A stretch of 64,000 nucleotides of DNA, from contig CAZENF010000002.1 of the NCBI GenBank assembly GCA_964513645.1, positions 142,072 to 206,071 of the forward strand, given 5' to 3'. Position 1 is the first letter of the stretch; the number at the start of each line of letters is the position of its first letter. The position numbers and the translations under genes are program-made. The stretch comes from an uncultured Candidatus Saccharibacteria bacterium. GTDB taxonomy: Bacteria > Patescibacteriota > Minisyncoccia > 2-02-FULL-40-12 > GWA2-44-9. Of the stretch, positions 45,317-54,788 are shown piece after piece. The notes beneath the pieces are model-generated. The model ran no database searches, was not told where the DNA came from, and saw nothing but the letters and a program-made list of their open reading frames with translations.

Positions 45317-45610
45317 ATGAAATTAGTACATCTGGTCGAAGCCATGGGTTCCGGTCAAAGCAACATGCCGCCTCAGATCGCAGAACTTCGAAAAACCAAG
45401 GTCGATGAGATCAAGGGCCTTCTCGAAGAGCACTACAAAAGAACTGATTGCAAGCATGATTTTCTTTCAGATGAATGCGGGGGAGTTTCTCTCGAGATGT
45501 TTCTTTACGACTTGCTCAATCATGAACCAGATCAGGATGAGTTAAATGCACTGAGCGGCGGACATGTCCCCGCTTTCCTTCAGCCCGGAGTTGGTGGTCG
45601 GTCAGCTTGA
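45317..45610 (+). CDS. hypothetical 97-aa protein in tRNA island (locally GC-richer)
   Basis: RBS aaggag 7 nt before ATG 45317. The 165-aa track ORF overlaps tRNA-Met, so its 5' part is rejected. No domain recognised. Confidence 0.4.
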   Translation: MKLVHLVEAMGSGQSNMPPQIAELRKTKVDEIKGLLEEHYKRTDCKHDFLSDECGGVSLEMFLYDLLNHEPDQDELNALSGGHVPAFLQPGVGGRSA

Positions 45611-45617
45611 ATACTGT

Positions 45618-45701
45618 GCCGGGGTGGCGGAAACGGCAGACGCAGCGGACTTAAAATCCGCGGCTCGAAAGAGCATGCGGGTTCGACCCCCGCTCTCGGC
45701 A
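45618..45701 (+). tRNA. tRNA-Leu, anticodon UAA (copy 1)
   Basis: 84 nt, long variable arm, anticodon stem gcgga/tccgc, loop cttaaaa, T-loop ttcgacc. Confidence 0.7.
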
Positions 45702-45713
45702 TGACCTTTGTGT

Positions 45714-45789
45714 GCACCCGTAACTCAGTTGGCAGAGTGCCTGACTTTTAATCAGGAGGTCGGGGGTTCAAATCCCTCCGGGTGCACCA
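45714..45789 (+). tRNA. tRNA-Lys, anticodon UUU, CCA encoded
   Basis: Acceptor gcacccg/cgggtgc, anticodon stem cctga/tcagg, loop cttttaa, T-loop ttcaaat. Confidence 0.75.
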
Positions 45790-45950
45790 AACTCACCTTC
45801 GTGAGTTTGGTGAGGATTTGAAAAGCGGAACCATATCGCAGTCAGCAGACTGAGATGGTGAGCTGGGGTTCTCGGAGTGAGATCTCAAATCACTCCTTGA
45901 GAACTCTGTCGACAGTTCGGCCGAGTGACCGGCGAGGCCGAAACTGGTGA

Positions 45951-45972
45951 CCAAATCCCTCCGGGTGCAATT
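45951..45972 (+). repeat. direct repeat of the tRNA-Lys(UUU) 3' end (18/18 nt caaatccctccgggtgca), att-site-like
   Basis: Exact copy of the T-arm/acceptor 3' half of the tRNA at 45767-45789, 160 nt downstream. No matching 5' half nearby. Confidence 0.6.
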
Positions 45973-45981
45973 CATTTTTGC

Positions 45982-46059
45982 GAGTCCGTAGCTCAGCTTG
46001 GACAGAGCACAAGCCTTCTAAGCCTGAGGCCGCAGGTTCGAATCCTGCCGGACTCGCCA
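45982..46059 (+). tRNA. tRNA-Arg, anticodon UCU, CCA encoded
   Basis: Acceptor gagtccg/cggactc, loop cttctaa, T-arm gcagg-ttcgaat-cctgc. One A:C mismatch in the anticodon stem. Confidence 0.55.
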
Positions 46060-46122
46060 TCCCCTCATTTGAGGGGATTCACTTTATTAATAATCGGCTA
46101 AATGATAAATTTTATTTAACTG

Positions 46123-46211
46123 GAAGCGTGCCAGAGTGGTTGAATGGGCCTGACTCGAAATCAGGTATAGGGGCAACCCTATCGGAGGTTCGAATCCTCC
46201 CGCTTCCGCCA
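46123..46211 (+). tRNA. tRNA-Ser, anticodon CGA, CCA encoded
   Basis: Long variable arm, anticodon stem cctga/tcagg, loop ctcgaaa, T-loop ttcgaat. Confidence 0.7.
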
Positions 46212-46306
46212 GAAATAAAAACCGCTCTCGGAGTATTTTCGGCTACTTGTTGACTGAAGAGATTATTAATAGTATAATTATATTATAGCTATTTTGGAGG
46301 TTTCAG

Positions 46307-46528
46307 ATGCTACACAAAAGTCCGTCCGAGCTCTTAAAAGAATGTCGAAGAGAGTGCCTACTTCATTTACATGGGATGATGTCAGGTAGAATACATACTC
46401 GTCGACAGATAGAAAATTCGAAGAAAAAATGCGTATCGTTGAGGAGGAAGTATCTCGCCGCTCTTAAACGTAATCCCGGAATTGATTTATATGGGGAACG
46501 AGGGTTTCCTCCGAAAAAAATTTCTTAG
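46307..46528 (+). CDS. hypothetical small basic protein (73 aa)
   Basis: ORF with ggagg RBS 7 nt upstream. Rich in Arg/Lys/Cys. No homolog recognised. Confidence 0.3.
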   Translation: MLHKSPSELLKECRRECLLHLHGMMSGRIHTRRQIENSKKKCVSLRRKYLAALKRNPGIDLYGERGFPPKKIS

Positions 46529-46624
46529 AATATATAATTACGCCGACCTATTTGTCGGCTTTTTAATTTCTTAAAACCGCACCAAAATCAAAATTAATTT
46601 TCCAGATAATCCCGCTTCCGCAAA

Positions 46625-48973
46625 TTGACCCCACCTATAAATTATTATAGTATTTCAGCACTTTACCGTACCTTAAAAATGGTTTTTATGAGACTTGAAG
46701 ACCTCGACATTTCACCCAGTAAAATAGGTGAAACTGCAAATAGAGTTTTGGAGAGGGCTTTTGAAGAAGTTCGTCGACGGGAGCACGGTTTTCTTAACAC
46801 CGAACATTTATTCTTAGCCTATATCCAAACAGAATGGGATTTCTTTGCCGAGGTGATGCGGGACTTAGAAGTTAACCCCAATACTATTTTGCGGGCAATA
46901 GAGGAACATATGGATCGAGCCCCGGCTTCTAAACGTGAACCAAAAGTATCCCCTTCGGTTAAGCTTATTCTCAAGCTTGCCGTGCATAATGCTTCAAGGG
47001 CAGGAAGGTCGCAAGTAGAAGCATCCGACCTTTTTGGTGCTATCTTTGAAGAGACCCAGGGTCCGCCTGTATCAATTCTCCGACGTCATGGCGTTGAGCC
47101 GGATACTCTTATATCCCGAGTAAATTCCAGGATGCGTGACTTTGAACTCCGACAAGAGCGTCTGAAGAAAAAGTTCGAACTCCCACCGTTCCTTAAACAT
47201 TTCGGCACGAATCTTAATTTGCTTGCTCGTCAGGACAAAATACCGCCCGTATATTTCAGGGAAAAGGAAATTAGTCAGGCCATGGAAATTCTGTGTCACC
47301 GGGAGCGGCCCAACTCGGTCATTCTTATCGGCGAGCCCGGGGTCGGCAAGACCGCGGTTGTTGAAGGTTTGGCGAGTAAGATAGAGCTCGATCCGTCAGG
47401 TGTGCCGCTAAGACTAAGGGATTGTCAGATCGTAAATTTGGCCATGAATACCATGGTCGCCGGAACAATGTTAAGAGGAATGTTTGAAGACAGGATACAA
47501 AATGTTATTCGGGAGATCAAAGAAAAACCTAACCTCATTCTTTTCATCGATGAAGCTCATACTATGGTCGGGGCGGGTTCGGCTCTTGGTGCTCCAACTG
47601 ATGCGGCTAATGTTTTTAAATCAGTTATGGCTCGAGGAGAAATAAGAATTATTGCCGCTACAACCCTGACAGAGTACAAGGAATATATAGAAGAGGACGA
47701 GGCTCTTTCCAGAAGGATGAAACCTGTAATGGTAAGAGAGCCGACGATAGATGAGACCCGTAAGATCATATACATGCTCAAAGGCAGACTCGAAAGGAAT
47801 TACTCGGTAAAATTTACCGATGAAGCCATTGAAGCGGCTCTTGAAATGTCTCCCAGATATCTTCGGCATCTTCGTTTGCCGGACAAGATCGTCGGCTGGC
47901 TTGATACCGCTGCTGTCAAAGTTGAAATGTCAAGAAAATTGGAAGTTAAGCCCGAGAATATTATTAATGTTATTTCAGAGGCCTCACGAATCCCGGAGAA
48001 TATGGTTTTCAGAAATGTAAGTGAACAGTTCAAAGATATGGAACAAATTCTCGGTCGTAGAATTGTCGGCCAAAGGCATGCGATAGAAAAGGTTTCAAGC
48101 ACGATACGCCTGAACAAAGGACCGCTCAAGGACGGCTTTGATCGCCCCGACGGAGTTCTGCTATTTCTCGGCCCGACCGGTGTCGGCAAAACAGAATTAG
48201 CCAAATCATTGGCTGAATTTCTTTTTGGTGATGAAAAAAGGATGATTCGGATAGACATGTCAGAATATCAGGACGGCTCTGTCTCGGTAGACAAGCTCAT
48301 AGGTATGCCCCGCGGCATAGTCGGCTCTCAAAGAGGTGGCATTCTCACCAACCAACTTAAGGATAATCCTTATTCGGTAATTCTTCTGGACGAAGTAGAA
48401 AAAGCGGCTTCGAGTCTGTTGAATCTTTTTCTGCAGGCATTTGATGAGGGCTGGCTTACCGACGGACATGGCAAAAGAGTTTATCTTAGCGACGCGATTG
48501 TTATTATGACATCCAATATTGGTTCGAGATTTTTCCAGACCAACAAATGCGGTTTTTTAAGCAACAAGACTGATTTGAATCATGTCAAAGGCGATGTAAT
48601 GAAAGAACTTAACAAGCATTTTAGCCCCGAATTCAGGAACAGAATAGATGAGGTGATTATGTTTTCTCCCCTAACTCAAGATGAGGTAAGTGAAATTGCT
48701 AACAAATATATTAAAAAGACCGCCGATGTTTTAAAAGCAGCTGGAAAGACTCTAAAGATAACAACCGGTGCTTTTGAACATATAATTACGAACGGCCACA
48801 GTCATCAATTTGGAGCAAGGTTTTTGAAACGCTTTATAGACGATAAAATAAAAATTAAAGTTAACGACAACCTTAATAAAAATAGCTTTTTATTCGATAT
48901 TGGTCAGAATGGCGAACTTTTATTTGAAGCTGACGGACCTGAACTGCAAAACCGGATGATGGCGATGACATAG
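46625..48973 (+). CDS. ClpA/ClpC-type AAA+ unfoldase (two canonical NBDs)
   Basis: Clp_N-like N-terminus. NBD1 GEPGVGKTA / ILFIDEAHTMVGAG. NBD2 GPTGVGKTE / ILLDEVEKA. Possible ClpP-docking CGF tripeptide. Start may be the internal Met at 46688. Confidence 0.8.
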   Translation: MTPPINYYSISALYRTLKMVFMRLEDLDISPSKIGETANRVLERAFEEVRRREHGFLNTEHLFLAYIQTEWDFFAEVMRDLEVNPNTILRAIEEHMDRAPASKREPKVSPSVKLILKLAVHNASRAGRSQVEASDLFGAIFEETQGPPVSILRRHGVEPDTLISRVNSRMRDFELRQERLKKKFELPPFLKHFGTNLNLLARQDKIPPVYFREKEISQAMEILCHRERPNSVILIGEPGVGKTAVVEGLASKIELDPSGVPLRLRDCQIVNLAMNTMVAGTMLRGMFEDRIQNVIREIKEKPNLILFIDEAHTMVGAGSALGAPTDAANVFKSVMARGEIRIIAATTLTEYKEYIEEDEALSRRMKPVMVREPTIDETRKIIYMLKGRLERNYSVKFTDEAIEAALEMSPRYLRHLRLPDKIVGWLDTAAVKVEMSRKLEVKPENIINVISEASRIPENMVFRNVSEQFKDMEQILGRRIVGQRHAIEKVSSTIRLNKGPLKDGFDRPDGVLLFLGPTGVGKTELAKSLAEFLFGDEKRMIRIDMSEYQDGSVSVDKLIGMPRGIVGSQRGGILTNQLKDNPYSVILLDEVEKAASSLLNLFLQAFDEGWLTDGHGKRVYLSDAIVIMTSNIGSRFFQTNKCGFLSNKTDLNHVKGDVMKELNKHFSPEFRNRIDEVIMFSPLTQDEVSEIANKYIKKTADVLKAAGKTLKITTGAFEHIITNGHSHQFGARFLKRFIDDKIKIKVNDNLNKNSFLFDIGQNGELLFEADGPELQNRMMAMT

Positions 48974-49061
48974 AGAGATAGTCACGACAAGCCCTTTTCA
49001 GGGCTTTTTAGTTTGTAAAAATGCCGAAAAAATGTTAAAGTTTGTTGTAAATTAAAGCATT

Positions 49062-50591
49062 ATGACAGAGCATAAAGACGTAAAAAACGGGACAAAGACC
49101 AGGCCGCCGATCGTGGTTGTTTTGGGTCATGTTGACCACGGCAAAACTACCCTCCTCGACACTATCCGCAAAACCAAAGTGGCCGAAAAAGAATCCGGAG
49201 GTATCACCCAGCATATCGGCGCTTATCAGTCCGAGATCAATGGCAGACTGATAACATTTTTGGATACGCCGGGCCACGAAGCTTTTACCGCTATCAGATC
49301 CCGCGGCGTGAAAGTTGCCGATGTAGCAGTTTTAGTAGTGGCGGCCGATGAAGGTATTAAACCTCAAACCAAGGAAGCCATCGGTATAATTAAAAATGAA
49401 AACATTCCCGTTATCGTTGCGATAAATAAGATAGACAAAGAAGGGGCGAATGTTCAGAAAGTAAAACAGGAACTGGCTGCCGAAGGAATTCTGACCGAAG
49501 ATTGGGGCGGTAAAGTTCCGGCCGTGGAGATATCAGCCAAACAAAACCGTAACATCGACGACCTCTTGGAAATGATAATCTTAGTCTCTGACCTCGAAGA
49601 CCTCAAAGAAGATCTTTCTTTGCCGGCCGAAGGGGTAATTATCGAATCTCATCTCGACAAGAACCGCGGATATGTGGCGACCGCGCTTGTTCAAAAAGGC
49701 ACTATCAAACCCGGAGATTGGATAGTGGTCGGAACCGGTATCGGTAAAATAAAATCAATGGATGATTTTACCGGAAAAATATTAAGTCACGGCCTCCCCT
49801 CCCAGCCGGTAAGGATAATTGGCTGGTCTTTTGCTCCCGGCATAGGCCAAAAATTTATCACCTCAAATTCTAAAGATGACGCCGAAAAAATATCCGTCGG
49901 CAACAAGGACCAGGCCCCGCTTTTCCAGCTCTTTAAGGAAAAAGGCGCAATAGAAGAAAACAAGAAAACCCTGAAGATTATTTTTAAAGCCGATGTTGCG
50001 AGCTCACTCGAAGCGATAGAAGCTGCTCTGGGATCGATAGCTTCCCAGGAAGTCGTTTGCCAGGTTGTCGGCCACGATATTGGTAATATATCCGAGAATG
50101 ATGCAAAAATGGCGGCCGGGTCAAAAGCCCAGGTTATCGGCTTCAGGGTTTCAATCGATGCTTCAGCTAAGAAATTATCCGAAAAAGAGAACGTAAAATT
50201 AACAGTCTTCGATATTATTTATGAGCTTATAGAATATGTCCGCAAAGAAATGGGTGATCTTCTCGACCCAGAGATAAAAAGGACGGCCTTGGGCCGACTT
50301 AAGGTTCTGGCTATTTTTAAACAGGATTCGAGGTCACAGATTATCGGCGGCAAGGTTGTTTCAGGTAAAATAAGCCGGGGTTCTTTGGCCGACGTTTTAA
50401 GGAATAACAATAAAATTTTAAGCGGCAGGATAACTCAACTCCAGCACAACAAAGAAGACGTTCAGGATGTCAAAGAAGGATTTGAGTGCGGATTGAAGTT
50501 CGAACCTATGAAGGACCAGCCAAGCTGGGATATTAAAGAGGGAGACGTTTTGGATATTTATAGCGAAGAAAAAATAACCCGCTCATTATAA
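49062..50591 (+). CDS. infB: translation initiation factor IF-2 (short form)
   Basis: G-domain [27 protein letters not shown], and IF-2 C-terminal beta-barrel domains. 509 aa. Confidence 0.85.
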   Translation: MTEHKDVKNGTKTRPPIVVVLGHVDHGKTTLLDTIRKTKVAEKESGGITQHIGAYQSEINGRLITFLDTPGHEAFTAIRSRGVKVADVAVLVVAADEGIKPQTKEAIGIIKNENIPVIVAINKIDKEGANVQKVKQELAAEGILTEDWGGKVPAVEISAKQNRNIDDLLEMIILVSDLEDLKEDLSLPAEGVIIESHLDKNRGYVATALVQKGTIKPGDWIVVGTGIGKIKSMDDFTGKILSHGLPSQPVRIIGWSFAPGIGQKFITSNSKDDAEKISVGNKDQAPLFQLFKEKGAIEENKKTLKIIFKADVASSLEAIEAALGSIASQEVVCQVVGHDIGNISENDAKMAAGSKAQVIGFRVSIDASAKKLSEKENVKLTVFDIIYELIEYVRKEMGDLLDPEIKRTALGRLKVLAIFKQDSRSQIIGGKVVSGKISRGSLADVLRNNNKILSGRITQLQHNKEDVQDVKEGFECGLKFEPMKDQPSWDIKEGDVLDIYSEEKITRSL

Positions 50592-50600
50592 CTATAAAGT

Positions 50601-50672
50601 GGCGGCATAGCCAAGTGGTAAGGCAGAGGGTTAAGTCTGTCCCGATTGCGAAGCAATTGCGGATCCACGATT
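50601..50672 (+). ncRNA. tRNA-like pseudogene/fragment (5' half resembles tRNA-Cys paralog)
   Basis: Begins ggcggca-ta-gcc-aagtggtaa-ggc like the adjacent tRNA-Cys but lacks a canonical anticodon/T-arm. Its acceptor 5' strand is complementary to tgccgcc at 50816-50822. Confidence 0.4.
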
Positions 50673-50689
50673 TTTGTAAAAATTTGTTT

Positions 50690-50764
50690 GGCCAGGTAGC
50701 CAAGCAGTAAGGCATCGGTCTGCAAAACCGATATACACGGGTGCAATTCCCGTCCTGGCCTCCA
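50690..50764 (+). tRNA. tRNA-Cys, anticodon GCA, U73, CCA encoded
   Basis: Acceptor ggccagg/cctggcc, anticodon stem tcggt/accga, loop ctgcaaa, T-arm acggg-tgcaatt-cccgt. Confidence 0.7.
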
Positions 50765-50852
50765 AATTTTTGCAAAAATCGAGACAAAACTCCTATACGC
50801 CGGTTCAATTCCGGCTGCCGCCTCAAGTTTGTAATACAATATATAAAAGTTT

Positions 50853-50936
50853 GCCCGGGTGGTGGAATGGTATACACGCACGACTTAAAATCGTGTGCCG
50901 CAAGGCTTGTGGGTTCGAGTCCCACCCCGGGCACCA
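50853..50936 (+). tRNA. tRNA-Leu, anticodon UAA (copy 2, divergent from copy 1), CCA encoded
   Basis: Long variable arm, anticodon stem cacga/tcgtg, loop cttaaaa, T-loop ttcgagt. Confidence 0.7.
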
Positions 50937-50971
50937 AACTAAGCTAATAACTTTCTTAGCTTATCTGTAAT

Positions 50972-51043
50972 GCGTCCGTAGTTCAACGGATAGAGCGCAG
51001 CCCTCCGAAGGCTGAAATGCAAGTTCGATTCTTGCCGGGCGCA
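50972..51043 (+). tRNA. tRNA-Arg, anticodon CCG
   Basis: Acceptor gcgtccg/cgggcgc, anticodon stem cagcc/ggctg, loop ctccgaa, T-arm gcaag-ttcgatt-cttgc. Confidence 0.7.
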
Positions 51044-51223
51044 CACCTGCACAAAAAAAGAACCCTCCGAAGAGAGTTCTCAGAACTTACGTTCTGTTTG
51101 AGAGCCGAAGCTCTCTAATAGGAACTGCCTGAATATTAACACCCTCAAATATTTGTGCAAGTCCTATCTGTGGATAATTTGTACCCTATTGATTAATGCA
51201 CTCCCTTCTTTTAAAGTTCCTAT

Positions 51224-51763
51224 ATGGGTAATTTTTATACTGGAAAAGGAGATAAGGGTAAAAGCTATGTTGGAAAAATTTCGGTTTCCAAGACTTGTCT
51301 TGAAGTTGAATCATTGGGCCAGCTCGATGAACTGAATAGCATGCTCGGAGTGTTAAAGAGCCAGAAAATACCAAAAAAATTAAAGAACATCCTTCACGGT
51401 GTCCAGGAAAATCTTTTTATAATCCAATCCCACATTGCCAACATTATGCTGGGTGGAAGTTTCAAGGTACCGGAATTCAAAGAGGTCAAGATTAAGGATA
51501 TGGAGAAGATGATAGACGACATAGAATCAAGATTACCGCCGGTTAAAAAATTTATTATCTCCGGAATTAATCCGGTCTCGGCCTGGCTTGATCTGATCAG
51601 GGCAAAATCGAGAAATGTTGAAAGAAGCGTTTTAAAGATAAAAAAAATAAATAGGCTTGACCAGAATATCAGAACGTACCTTAACCGATTATCAAGTCTC
51701 TTCTTTGCCCTTGCCCGTTACGAAGCCAGAAATGTTAAAGAATCTAATCCGTCATACAAATGA
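51224..51763 (+). CDS. PduO-type ATP:cob(I)alamin adenosyltransferase family protein
   Basis: N-terminal YTGKGDKGKS...G (IYTxxGDKGxT-like) signature of the Cob_adeno_trans family. 179 aa. Confidence 0.65.
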   Translation: MGNFYTGKGDKGKSYVGKISVSKTCLEVESLGQLDELNSMLGVLKSQKIPKKLKNILHGVQENLFIIQSHIANIMLGGSFKVPEFKEVKIKDMEKMIDDIESRLPPVKKFIISGINPVSAWLDLIRAKSRNVERSVLKIKKINRLDQNIRTYLNRLSSLFFALARYEARNVKESNPSYK

Positions 51764-52260
51764 TCTGGTTTTTTGTGATAATTTTATTTGTTTTCCTCGG
51801 TACCTTTGCTTATGCGGGTGTTCTTGCCGCGCCCTGGTTCCCGACCTGGTCACGAGATATTGAGAGATTTCTTAAATTAGCTCAAATAAAACCGGGCGAA
51901 AGATTTTATGATCTTGGTTGCGGCGACGGCAAACTTGTTTTTGCTGCAGCCGGAGCCGGAGCAAAAGCGACCGGATTTGAAATATCTCTCCTCCCCTACC
52001 TCATAGCCATATCAAGGTCAAAATATATAAATAACTCGGAAATTAAATTTAAAGATTTTTGGAAACAAAATTTATCCGATGCTGATGTGGTGTATCTTTT
52101 CCTAACCCCCAAAGTAAATCCCCAGGCGAAAATAAAACTTGAGAAAGAACTTAGAAAAGGTGCTCGCGTTATTGCATATACCTGGCCGATAGACGGTTGG
52201 CAACCGGTCATGACTGATATCCCAAAGGATCAACCTGCGATGTATCTCTATGAACTCTAA
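51760..52260 (+). CDS. small class I SAM-dependent methyltransferase with N-terminal TM helix
   Basis: YDLGCGDGKLV motif I. 166 aa. Confidence 0.6.
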   Translation: MIWFFVIILFVFLGTFAYAGVLAAPWFPTWSRDIERFLKLAQIKPGERFYDLGCGDGKLVFAAAGAGAKATGFEISLLPYLIAISRSKYINNSEIKFKDFWKQNLSDADVVYLFLTPKVNPQAKIKLEKELRKGARVIAYTWPIDGWQPVMTDIPKDQPAMYLYEL

Positions 52261-52323
52261 GTACGATAGTAAATTAAAGTCATTTTTGGTAGGATAGGCC
52301 CAACTCTATAGGGGAAAAGGTCC

Positions 52324-53163
52324 TTGAAAAAGATAATTTTTCTGGCCTGGTTTGTTTTATTTTCCATCTCTGCCCGGGCTCAAAATTTTGAGATTCTTAA
52401 CCCAACAATTGAACAGGGTGGGGTACTTATCATACATGTTATCTCTGAACAGCAAAGTTCAAGAACCGTTGTCTCTTTTACTGACCGATTTTACCCCGTA
52501 AATCATAACGGCTATGTTTTTATCGGCATTGATACTAATCTTCTGCCTGGTAAATATTCTCTATCTTTAGTTAAGTTTGAAGGAGCAAGAATTATCGATT
52601 CCTCCACACAGGAAGTTGAAGTTAGGGAAAAGTATTTTCCCGAAGTTATTTATGCTTTTAAAAAACCGGCGGCGGAATCTAAAAGACGTGCTAGTGAAAG
52701 AGCTATTTTGGCCGCGGCATATGGTCGTGCGGACATACGTTCAGACAATGCGGAAGGAGTTTATAAAAATCCCCTCGAGGATATGTATGTAACAGGAGAA
52801 TTCGGCAAAAGACGGCGTTACTTAAATGGCGATGTTGTACACGGCGGAGTCGATTTAAGGGCCGCAAAGGGTATCCGGGTTGAGGCCATAAATTCTGGAG
52901 TCGTTCTTCTGGCCAGAAAGAATTTTTCTCTCGAAGGCAATCTGGTCGTTATAGACCACGGTTCGGGAATATTTTCGCTGTACCTTCATCTTTCGAGGAT
53001 AAATATCAAAGAAGGAGATTTTGTCACAAAAAGCCAGATGATAGGTCTATCTGGCGCGACTGGGGATGCGAGAGGTCCTCATCTCCATTTTATGGTCAAA
53101 GTTAACGGAACAAATGTTGACCCGCTTAATTTTATTGATATAATGAATCAGTTCTTTAGATAA
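52324..53163 (+). CDS. M23-family (LytM-type) peptidoglycan endopeptidase
   Basis: HGGVDL..., DHGSG...YLHLS, GPHLHF motifs. N-terminal signal peptide. Confidence 0.8.
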   Translation: MKKIIFLAWFVLFSISARAQNFEILNPTIEQGGVLIIHVISEQQSSRTVVSFTDRFYPVNHNGYVFIGIDTNLLPGKYSLSLVKFEGARIIDSSTQEVEVREKYFPEVIYAFKKPAAESKRRASERAILAAAYGRADIRSDNAEGVYKNPLEDMYVTGEFGKRRRYLNGDVVHGGVDLRAAKGIRVEAINSGVVLLARKNFSLEGNLVVIDHGSGIFSLYLHLSRINIKEGDFVTKSQMIGLSGATGDARGPHLHFMVKVNGTNVDPLNFIDIMNQFFR

Positions 53164-53175
53164 AAGGCGTGATAA

Positions 53176-53523
53176 GTGATAAATAATTCCGGCATTGCTT
53201 GTAAGGTTTGTTACCTCGGGAATATTGTGGTTATAACTAAAAGCGCCGGTCAGTATAAGCCGATATCTTGGCGAGAGCATTTTTTTGGAGAAACCCCATT
53301 TTTCCAGAGACTTCTCTCCAGATCGATTTGGCAGAGAATCTTTATCAGGCGCACGGTCTTAGATCGGGCGTCAGAATACCAGATAGTTATTATGCATTGT
53401 AATGTTTGCGGCGTAAAATATGAATTTTTACCTGCAAAAGACTTAACTCCGCCGAAGACAACTATCGGTTCTATTCAGATAAGGCCTGACTTAAATACCC
53501 CAGAAAAAACTAAAAGCCGATAA
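53176..53523 (+). CDS. hypothetical protein with two CxxC pairs (possible Zn-ribbon)
   Basis: 115-aa ORF with CKVC...CNVCG. No RBS evaluated. May be non-coding. Confidence 0.25.
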   Translation: MINNSGIACKVCYLGNIVVITKSAGQYKPISWREHFFGETPFFQRLLSRSIWQRIFIRRTVLDRASEYQIVIMHCNVCGVKYEFLPAKDLTPPKTTIGSIQIRPDLNTPEKTKSR

Positions 53524-53540
53524 ATATTGGCTTTTTAAAT

Positions 53541-54452
53541 TTACTTTTTATTATGGAACTTTTCATGAACTTCTTTTAGCTGTTTATCGGTAACGTGAGT
53601 ATATATTTGAGTGGTTGTGACCGAGGCGTGACCGAGCATAGCTTGGACCGAACGGATATCCGCTCCGTTCCGAAGCAGGTCAGTCGCAAAGGAATGCCGT
53701 AAAGTATGCGGAGAGATCTTCTTGCCTAAAATCCCCGCTTTTATGGAATATTTTTTTATTATACGTTGAATACTTCGCGGGGTAAGTCTTAGGTCTGAAT
53801 CCTTTGAGAAGTTTACTGTTTTAGGAATACGGATAAATAATGCCTCGTCAACGTCGGTCCTCTTCTGGACATAATCACTTATGTTTTTTCTGGCGAGGTC
53901 GGAAAGAAATACCACCCGGATCTTTGAACCTTTGCCTCTGACGGACAACTCTCCCCTTTTCAGATCTATCTCATCCCGATTCAGGGAGCAAAGTTCTGAA
54001 ACTCTCATCCCAGTACTGAAAAGAGTTGTAAGGATGGCCCGGTCACGCAAACTATCCAAACTACCATCCTCGGCTGCTCCAAAAAGCCGGCTAAGTTCTT
54101 CTGGCTGAAGAAAAGTAACTTCCCGGTCTTCCTGTTTGCCTAATTCTACCCGCTCGGCAGGGACAGTTTTTATACCTGTTTTGGCCAGATATTTAAGAAA
54201 ATTCCGGAGGGTAATTATGTGATAATTCTGGGTTATTTTTTTGAGTGGCCTATCATTTACGTCCCGTAACCTGTTCAGGTGAAGCCGATATTGACGGACG
54301 AGTTCTTCGTCCAACTGGTTTATATTTTTTATCTTGGCAAAGTTCAAAAAACGGTCCAGATAACGGCCATAATTCTCGAGTGTTTTAAGTGACTTGTTCT
54401 TCTCTATTTCGAGGTACTCGAGGTAACGGATTTTGAGTTCTTTGACATCCAT
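53541..54452 (-). CDS. tyrosine site-specific recombinase XerC/XerD family
   Basis: C-terminal R...HxxR...Y catalytic pattern (LRHSFATDLLRNGADIRSVQAMLGHASVTTTQIYTHV) and an N-terminal SAM-like core-binding domain. Confidence 0.85.
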   Translation of the reverse strand: MDVKELKIRYLEYLEIEKNKSLKTLENYGRYLDRFLNFAKIKNINQLDEELVRQYRLHLNRLRDVNDRPLKKITQNYHIITLRNFLKYLAKTGIKTVPAERVELGKQEDREVTFLQPEELSRLFGAAEDGSLDSLRDRAILTTLFSTGMRVSELCSLNRDEIDLKRGELSVRGKGSKIRVVFLSDLARKNISDYVQKRTDVDEALFIRIPKTVNFSKDSDLRLTPRSIQRIIKKYSIKAGILGKKISPHTLRHSFATDLLRNGADIRSVQAMLGHASVTTTQIYTHVTDKQLKEVHEKFHNKK

Positions 54453-54521
54453 GTCGCATAATTATTATAGCACAGTCCATCAGTTGTAAAAATCCCGGTG
54501 ATGTGTTAGAATAGTTTTGTT

Positions 54522-54788
54522 ATGTTATCTACACAACAGAAGACAAAGATCCTGACCCAATATAGGATACACGATAAAGATACTGGCTCTCCGGAAGCCC
54601 AGATTGCTTTATTTACCGAAGAAATTGAGCGTTTAACCAAACACCTCAAAAAGCACGGCAAGGACAACAGCTCCAGGGTCGGACTCCTGAAAATGGTTGC
54701 TAAAAGAAAACGACTTTTAGATTATCTGAAGCGCGAAAATCCCAAAAGGCACGCTTCCATTATCAAAAAACTCGGTTTAGGTAAGTAA
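54522..54788 (+). CDS. rpsO: 30S ribosomal protein S15
   Basis: 88 aa, conserved uS15 pattern. Canonical position upstream of pnp. Confidence 0.9.
   Translation: MLSTQQKTKILTQYRIHDKDTGSPEAQIALFTEEIERLTKHLKKHGKDNSSRVGLLKMVAKRKRLLDYLKRENPKRHASIIKKLGLGK

Noticed and set aside
45793-45975. 60-aa minus-strand ORF
   Set aside because: Lies entirely within the structured insert between the tRNA-Lys 3'-end repeats. No RBS. Judged non-coding.
50533-50970. Four overlapping 66-134-aa ORFs
   Set aside because: They cover the tRNA-like/tRNA-Cys/tRNA-Leu/tRNA-Arg cluster, so they are spurious.
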